A stretch of 10,263 nt of DNA, taken from contig JACQED010000321.1 of NCBI GenBank assembly GCA_016200785.1, forward strand, positions 1 through 10,263, read 5' to 3'. Below are positions 5,647 through 10,263 of this stretch, piece after piece. The DNA comes from Chloroflexota bacterium. Its GTDB lineage: Bacteria; Chloroflexota; Anaerolineae; Anaerolineales; JACQED01. Within the stretch, counting starts at the first letter, position 1; each line of letters opens with the position of its first letter. The notes under the pieces are model-generated. The model was not told the origin of the DNA. It made no database searches and was given only the letters and a program-made list of their open reading frames with translations. Position numbers and translations under genes: made by a program.

Positions 5647-6648
5647 ATGTTGCCCCTGGGCAAACTGCCTTCCGGCCTCTTGGCCGATCTGCTCTCGAAG
5701 CACGCCGCCGCCGATCCGCGCGTCGTCGTCGGGCCGGGCGTGGGCCTCGACTGCGCGGTGATGGATTTCGGCGACCGATATCTCGTCGCCAAGAGCGATC
5801 CGATCACATTCGCGACCGACGCCATCGGCTGGTACGCCGTGCAAGTGAACGCGAACGACATCGCCTGCTCGGGCGCGACGCCTCGTTTTTTCCTCGCCAC
5901 CATCCTCCTGCCGGAAAGCAAAGCCGATGCGGAAATGGCCGACACGATCTTCGCGCAAATCACGCGCGCCTGCGGCGAGATCGGCGCAAGCCACGTCGGC
6001 GGGCACACCGAAATCACGTATGGGATTGATCGACCGATTGTGATCGGGACGATGCTGGGGGATATCGAACGCGATCGGCTGATCACCGCGGGCGGCGCGG
6101 AAATTGGCGACGCAGTGATCGTGACGAAAGGCGTGCCGGTGGAGGCCACGGCGATCATCGCTCGCGAGAAAAGCGAAGCGCTGGCGGAAAAATTCTCGCC
6201 AGAGTTCCTTGCCGGCTGTCGCGACTTTCTTTATCAGCCGGGGATCAGCGTGGTGCGCGATGCGCGCATCGCCATCGGGGCCGGTCGGGTGACGGCGATG
6301 CACGACCCGACCGAGGGCGGCCTGGCCACCGGCCTGTGGGAACTGGCTGAGGCGTCGGGGCGCGGGATGGAAATCGAATTCGAGGCTGTGCCCATTTTGC
6401 CGGAAGGCCGCGCGCTGTGTGCGGCGTTCGGCCTCGACCCGATGGGAGCGATCGCCTCCGGTTCGCTCTTGCTCACCGCGCCGCCTCAGGAGGCTTCCAG
6501 GATTGTCGCCGCGCTCGCTGCGGAGAGAATCGCCGCGCACATCGTCGGGAGCGTAAGCGATTCTCCCGGCGTGCGAGTGCACGATCGTGACGGCGTCTCC
6601 CCCCTCCACCGCCCGGCGCGGGATGAGATTGCGCGACTGTTCGAATGA
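5647..6648 (+). CDS. AIR-synthase-related protein (PurM superfamily; HypE/ThiL/SelD-like ATP-dependent enzyme), specific function unknown
   Basis: 333-aa ORF. N-terminal PurM-like fold signatures GLDCAVMDF...VAKSDPITF (the DxAV motif), IGWYAVQVNANDIACSGATP, then a C-terminal AIRS_C-like half (RDARIAIGAGRVTAMHDPTEGGLATGLWELAEASG). It starts 11 nt after the DUF4956 gene, so is probably co-transcribed. Confidence 0.7.
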   Translation: MLPLGKLPSGLLADLLSKHAAADPRVVVGPGVGLDCAVMDFGDRYLVAKSDPITFATDAIGWYAVQVNANDIACSGATPRFFLATILLPESKADAEMADTIFAQITRACGEIGASHVGGHTEITYGIDRPIVIGTMLGDIERDRLITAGGAEIGDAVIVTKGVPVEATAIIAREKSEALAEKFSPEFLAGCRDFLYQPGISVVRDARIAIGAGRVTAMHDPTEGGLATGLWELAEASGRGMEIEFEAVPILPEGRALCAAFGLDPMGAIASGSLLLTAPPQEASRIVAALAAERIAAHIVGSVSDSPGVRVHDRDGVSPLHRPARDEIARLFE

Positions 6649-6708
6649 GGCAAGACGCGATGCGCGACGCGTTCTTCACACATCACGCCTCACGTTTCAC
6701 GTCCCGCC

Positions 6709-7782
6709 TCACCCAAACACAATCCCCAACTCTCTCGCCATTTGCACCGGCTCACCTTCGGGATCGACCCGCTTGGGCACAGCCAGCGCTTCGGTCAGCG
6801 GCACGTCAACGAGGCGCGTGCCGTGCAACGCGACCATGCAGCCGAAGTGATCGGCGGCCACGGCGCGCACCGCGCCCGCGCCGTAGCGCGTCGCCAGCCA
6901 GCGGTCGAAGGGACTCGGCACGCCACCGCGCTGAACGTGGCCGAGCACCGTGCATCGCGCTTCCATGCCGCAGTTCCGGCCCACCCAATCGGCCACCCGC
7001 TGCCCCATGCCGCCCAGCCGCTCCGCCGTGATTTGATCGCCGGCGCGCGCCAGCATCTGCGCGCCGCCGACAGGCCGCGCCCCCTCCGAGCAGGCGATGA
7101 TGCTGAACCTGCGCCCGCGCTGCGCCCGCTCCTCGACAGCCCGGCACACGACGTTAAGATCGAACGGAATCTCCGGGATGAGAATCACGTCCGCGCCGCC
7201 GGCCACCCCGGAGTGAAGCGCGATGAAGCCCGCGTCGCGTCCCATCAGTTCCACCACCATCACGCGGTGATGGGCCTCGGCCGTCGTGTGCAGTTTGTCA
7301 ATGGCCTCGGTCGCCGTGTGCAGAGCGGTGTCGAAGCCGAAGGTCACATCGGTGCCGCCGAGGTCGTTGTCAATCGTCTTGGGCACGCCGACGACGGGCA
7401 GGCCTTTCTGGCACAGTTCGAGCGCGATGCGCAGAGTCCCATCGCCGCCGACGGCGATCAGGGCATCGAGCCTCATCTGCTCGAAGCCGGCCATGAAGGC
7501 GTCGGACATATCCACGATGACTTCCTGGCCGTCCCTCATCACTTTGCGGCCAAACGGGTTGCCGCGATTGGCCGCGCCGAGGATCGTGCCGCCTCGCGAC
7601 AGAATGCCGCGAATGTCTTCAGCCGTCAGAACGCGCCAGCGGCCGTCGATGATGCCATCGTAGCCATCCATAATGCCGACCATTTCCCGGCCTTGATGAT
7701 CGGCGGTTTTGACAGCGGCCCGGATGACGGCATTCAATCCGGGCGCGTCGCCGCCGCCAGTGAGAATCCCGATCCGTTTCAT
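6709..7782 (-). CDS. pfkA: 6-phosphofructokinase (PFK-A family); phosphoryl donor (ATP vs PPi) not decidable from sequence alone
   Basis: 357-aa ORF. N-terminus MKRIGILTGGGDAPGLNAVIRAAV, then GGDGT, PKTIDNDL, MGR, and HVQRGG near the C-terminus. All are hallmark PFK motifs. The start overlaps the cyclase stop (ATGA). Confidence 0.9.
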   Translation of the reverse strand: MKRIGILTGGGDAPGLNAVIRAAVKTADHQGREMVGIMDGYDGIIDGRWRVLTAEDIRGILSRGGTILGAANRGNPFGRKVMRDGQEVIVDMSDAFMAGFEQMRLDALIAVGGDGTLRIALELCQKGLPVVGVPKTIDNDLGGTDVTFGFDTALHTATEAIDKLHTTAEAHHRVMVVELMGRDAGFIALHSGVAGGADVILIPEIPFDLNVVCRAVEERAQRGRRFSIIACSEGARPVGGAQMLARAGDQITAERLGGMGQRVADWVGRNCGMEARCTVLGHVQRGGVPSPFDRWLATRYGAGAVRAVAADHFGCMVALHGTRLVDVPLTEALAVPKRVDPEGEPVQMARELGIVFG

Positions 7783-10263
7783 CTGACGACCATCCTCTCG
7801 ACCCGGACGACTTCGTAAACGTGCTCGAGCGCGGTGCGGCCTTTCACGCGGAGAGGCTGCAAGGGCCGGGCCTCGACGAAATCGCCGACGTGCTGATAGG
7901 CCATCTCGTTCAGAAGGATCTGGCCGCCGGCGGCATTCTCCTGCAGTCGCTTGGCAAGATTGACTATGTCGCCGACCGCCGTGTAGTTGAAAAGCGCGGA
8001 AGTGCCAATGTTGCCGACAACCGCTTCGCCGACGGCAATGCCGATGCTGAAGTTGAGCGGGAACGTTTTTTCCAGAAGGTTGCGGTGAGGGCTGAGCGCG
8101 TCGCGCATGCGCACCGCCGCCCGGACGGCGTGCAGGGTGTGCGCGGCTTGGGGCAGAGGCGCGTTGAATATCGCCATGACCCCGTCGCCGAGGAACTTGT
8201 CGATCGTGCCGCCCTGCTCCAGCACAGCCTGCGCGGCGACGTCCAAAAAGGCGTTGAGGACGTCGATCAGCGCCTCGGGCGCGGTCTGCTCGGCGAAGGA
8301 AGTGAAGCCCCGCACGTCGGCGAACATGATGGTGATCTCCTGACGCCGGCCTCCGAGCTGCAAGTTGGCCGAGTCGGCCAGAAGAGTCTCGACGACGCCC
8401 GGTGGGACGACGCGCTCGAAGGTGCGCCGGATATGCTCGCGGTCGATCTCAAGCCGCCGTTGTTCGGTCACATCTTCGAGGACAAATGTGACTCCTGCCC
8501 CCTTCCCGTCGGCGCCGGGAAGTGGCGTGAGCGAAACGTTCAGATGAACCGTTCCGCGCAAGGGATAATTGATCGTGACTTCGTGGCCGGTCTCGCTGAC
8601 GCCGAACTTCCGCACTACCTCCGCCAGAGACAGAATCGACTCGCCCAGCGCAGACAAAACGACCTGCGCCGGCTGACCGACCAGCGCGATAGCCGGCAAG
8701 CCGAGAATGCGCTCGGCGGCCGGGTTGACGAGGCTGACTTTCCCGTCGGCCTCCGTCGTGACGACACCGGCGGCAATCGAGGCGAAGACGTTGTCTTGCA
8801 GCTGCTTCATCTCAAGAATCTGCGACAGGTGACGCCCGAGGCTGGTGAACAACTGCGCGTTGTCAACGGCCAGCGCGATTTGCCCGGCGAGGCCCATCAC
8901 GCGATCGAGCTCTTCGGGAGTGAACAGCCGCAGTCGCCGGCTCTCGCCGATCAACGCCGCGCCAATGGTGCGGCCGCGGGCGATCAGCGGAACGCCCAAC
9001 AAGGACTTGTCCGACAACCGCTCCGCGAAACGCGCACCGATAAAGGTTGAGCGGGACGCGTCCTCGATGATTGCCGGCTGGCCGGTCCGGATGACGTGCT
9101 CGGCCAGTGAAGGCTCGCCAGGCTCGGGTTGCAGGTTGGCAAAGCTTACAGTGGTCTCGCCGTACGACGCGGCCGGCAATACGGTTTGTCGCTCGGCATC
9201 CCACACCACCACCGCCGCTCCCGTCGCATCCACAATGGCCGCGAGGTACTTTGACACCGCAGGCAGAAGATCGTCGAGATTCATCGAGTCGGCCAGCGCG
9301 CGGCTCACTTCGGTTTGGAGGGTGAGGTTGCGCACGCGCTCTCGCTCGGCGGCGAAGAGGCGCGCGTTCTGCAGGGCAAGCGCCAGCGGTGTGGCTAACG
9401 CGATCAATAGCGGGTGGTGTTCGGGGGTGAACGCGCCTGTCGCGGAGGAGGTCAGGCTTAAGACGCCGACCAGCTCGGTGCCGGCCAACAGCGGCACGGC
9501 TGCCGACGATTTGACCCCTTGATCTATGTCTGGCACGTAACGCCACCGTTCGTCGAGGTCCACATCGGACGCGATGGCGATCCGGCGGTTGGCTGCCGAC
9601 CATCCGACAAGCCCCTCGCCGATCCGCAGGTGGGCTGCCCGGTCTATTTCTTCCAGTCGATCGCGCGCGACGCCGGTGGCGGCGATGAGTTCCAGCCGGT
9701 CACTCCCGGATTCGATGGTGAATACGGCGGCGTTCGCCAGCGACCCGGCGAACGCATCCAGCGCGCCGGTCACCAGGCGCAAGGCGTTCTCGGCCACGGC
9801 GCGCTGGTCGAGGTTGGCCGCAAGTTCCTGGCTGATCATGGACACGAGTTCCAGGCGGCCGCGCTCGCGCGCCACAGACTCGAACAACTGCGCGTTCTCG
9901 ACGGCAAGCGCGATGGCGTCGGCGATCTGCGCGAGGAGAGGCAGGTGTGCGGTGTCGAAACCTTCGGCATCGCGCCACTGCAAGTTCAACGCCCCGCTGA
10001 CACGCTCGCCGACAAGGAGCGGCACGCTCATGCGCGAGCGATAGCCGGCGGCATATACGGCCTGCTCGGCGGGCAAGCCCAACTCGGCGGCGATGTCGGG
10101 AGTGAGGTGCGGGCGACCGGCCAGCAGATCCAGCCCGGCGGACGTTGCCGTCACAGGCAAGCGGCGTCCCTTTTCCAAGCCGGGCAACCCGTTGTCAACG
10201 GCGGCGATGTGGAATGATGCGCCGCCGGGATCGAGCAAAGCCAGGCTGACGCGATCACAGCCG
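7779..10263 (-). CDS. Multidomain signalling protein: tandem GAF domains (at least 3) - PAS - class III adenylate/guanylate cyclase catalytic domain. 5' end lies outside the window.
   Basis: The ORF track starts it at a TTG (MLDPGG...), but the frame stays open to the window edge (upstream in frame ...GCDRVSLALLDPGG, no stop). There are three GAF-like repeats, each ending in an ALA(V/L)xNAxLF helix (IALAVENAQLF, LALALQNARLF, IALAVDNAQLF). A PAS-like segment follows (VFASIAAGVVTTEADGKVSLVNPAAERILGL...). The C-terminal cyclase motifs are ITIMFADVRGFTSFAE, FLGDGVMAIFNAP, IGIAVGEAVVGNIG and YTAVGDIVNLAKRLQ. Confidence 0.85.
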   Translation of the reverse strand, partial: GCDRVSLALLDPGGASFHIAAVDNGLPGLEKGRRLPVTATSAGLDLLAGRPHLTPDIAAELGLPAEQAVYAAGYRSRMSVPLLVGERVSGALNLQWRDAEGFDTAHLPLLAQIADAIALAVENAQLFESVARERGRLELVSMISQELAANLDQRAVAENALRLVTGALDAFAGSLANAAVFTIESGSDRLELIAATGVARDRLEEIDRAAHLRIGEGLVGWSAANRRIAIASDVDLDERWRYVPDIDQGVKSSAAVPLLAGTELVGVLSLTSSATGAFTPEHHPLLIALATPLALALQNARLFAAERERVRNLTLQTEVSRALADSMNLDDLLPAVSKYLAAIVDATGAAVVVWDAERQTVLPAASYGETTVSFANLQPEPGEPSLAEHVIRTGQPAIIEDASRSTFIGARFAERLSDKSLLGVPLIARGRTIGAALIGESRRLRLFTPEELDRVMGLAGQIALAVDNAQLFTSLGRHLSQILEMKQLQDNVFASIAAGVVTTEADGKVSLVNPAAERILGLPAIALVGQPAQVVLSALGESILSLAEVVRKFGVSETGHEVTINYPLRGTVHLNVSLTPLPGADGKGAGVTFVLEDVTEQRRLEIDREHIRRTFERVVPPGVVETLLADSANLQLGGRRQEITIMFADVRGFTSFAEQTAPEALIDVLNAFLDVAAQAVLEQGGTIDKFLGDGVMAIFNAPLPQAAHTLHAVRAAVRMRDALSPHRNLLEKTFPLNFSIGIAVGEAVVGNIGTSALFNYTAVGDIVNLAKRLQENAAGGQILLNEMAYQHVGDFVEARPLQPLRVKGRTALEHVYEVVRVERMVVR

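Noticed and set aside
5242-6609. 455-aa and 227-aa minus-strand ORFs (5242..6609, 5475..6158) antisense to the DUF4956/PurM-like genes
   Set aside because: Arg/Ser/Pro-rich nonsense-like sequence. The plus-strand genes have convincing family motifs and an operon structure with promoter and RBS.
6652-6676. Possible bidirectional intrinsic terminator between convergent PurM-like and pfkA genes
   Set aside because: The stem needs a bulge and there is no U-tract on either strand, so too weak to call a terminator. Kept only as a minor note in findings.
6742-9050. Plus-strand ORFs 6742..7818 and 7821..9050 antisense to pfkA and the cyclase
   Set aside because: His/Arg/Ala-rich shadow ORFs. The minus strand encodes textbook PFK and class III cyclase motifs.
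8860-9920. Internal near-repeats of about 30 nt (e.g. around 8860 and 9888, CAACTGCGCGTT..GACGGC.AGCGCGAT) that looked like possible CRISPR or IS repeats
   Set aside because: They encode the conserved IALAV(D/E)NAQLF helices ending successive GAF domains of one protein. This is an intragenic domain duplication, not a repeat array. The spacing is irregular and there are no flanking cas genes.
1-10263. Search for tRNA/rRNA/ncRNA genes, IS elements, integrases, toxin-antitoxin pairs or obvious defence-system genes
   Set aside because: No cloverleaf-compatible segments, no transposase or integrase motifs, and no paired small ORFs resembling TA modules. Coding density is explained by the eleven protein-coding genes listed.

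Overview
This is a high-GC (about 65-70%) bacterial chromosomal segment, fully coding apart from two short intergenic regions, with three transcription units. (1) A long minus-strand operon with successive 4-nt or 1-nt overlaps: alpha/beta hydrolase -> 2H phosphoesterase ThpR/LigT -> a 513-aa fusion of a cation-diffusion-facilitator-like 6-TM domain to a complete HflK-like SPFH protein -> a lower-GC cysteine-containing membrane protein of unknown function -> HflC -> a second HflK-like paralog that runs off the left edge. (2) A plus-strand pair, DUF4956-like small membrane protein plus a PurM-superfamily (AIR-synthase-related, HypE/ThiL-like) enzyme. It is preceded by a structured leader: a consensus sigma70-like promoter, hairpins, a strong-RBS 15-codon mini-ORF and an intrinsic-terminator-like hairpin, then a second near-duplicate promoter. 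(3) A minus-strand unit where a large GAF-GAF-GAF-PAS-class III nucleotide cyclase, 5'-truncated by the window edge, overlaps its stop with the start of 6-phosphofructokinase. No rRNA, tRNA, CRISPR or transposase genes were recognised. The large plus-strand and antisense ORFs in the track are Arg/Gly/Ala-rich shadow frames of the real genes. The most unusual items are the CDF-TMD::HflK fusion inside a non-canonical SPFH operon with a foreign-looking inserted gene, the repeat-built palindromic element in front of hflC, and the attenuator- or sRNA-like leader in the divergent promoter region.
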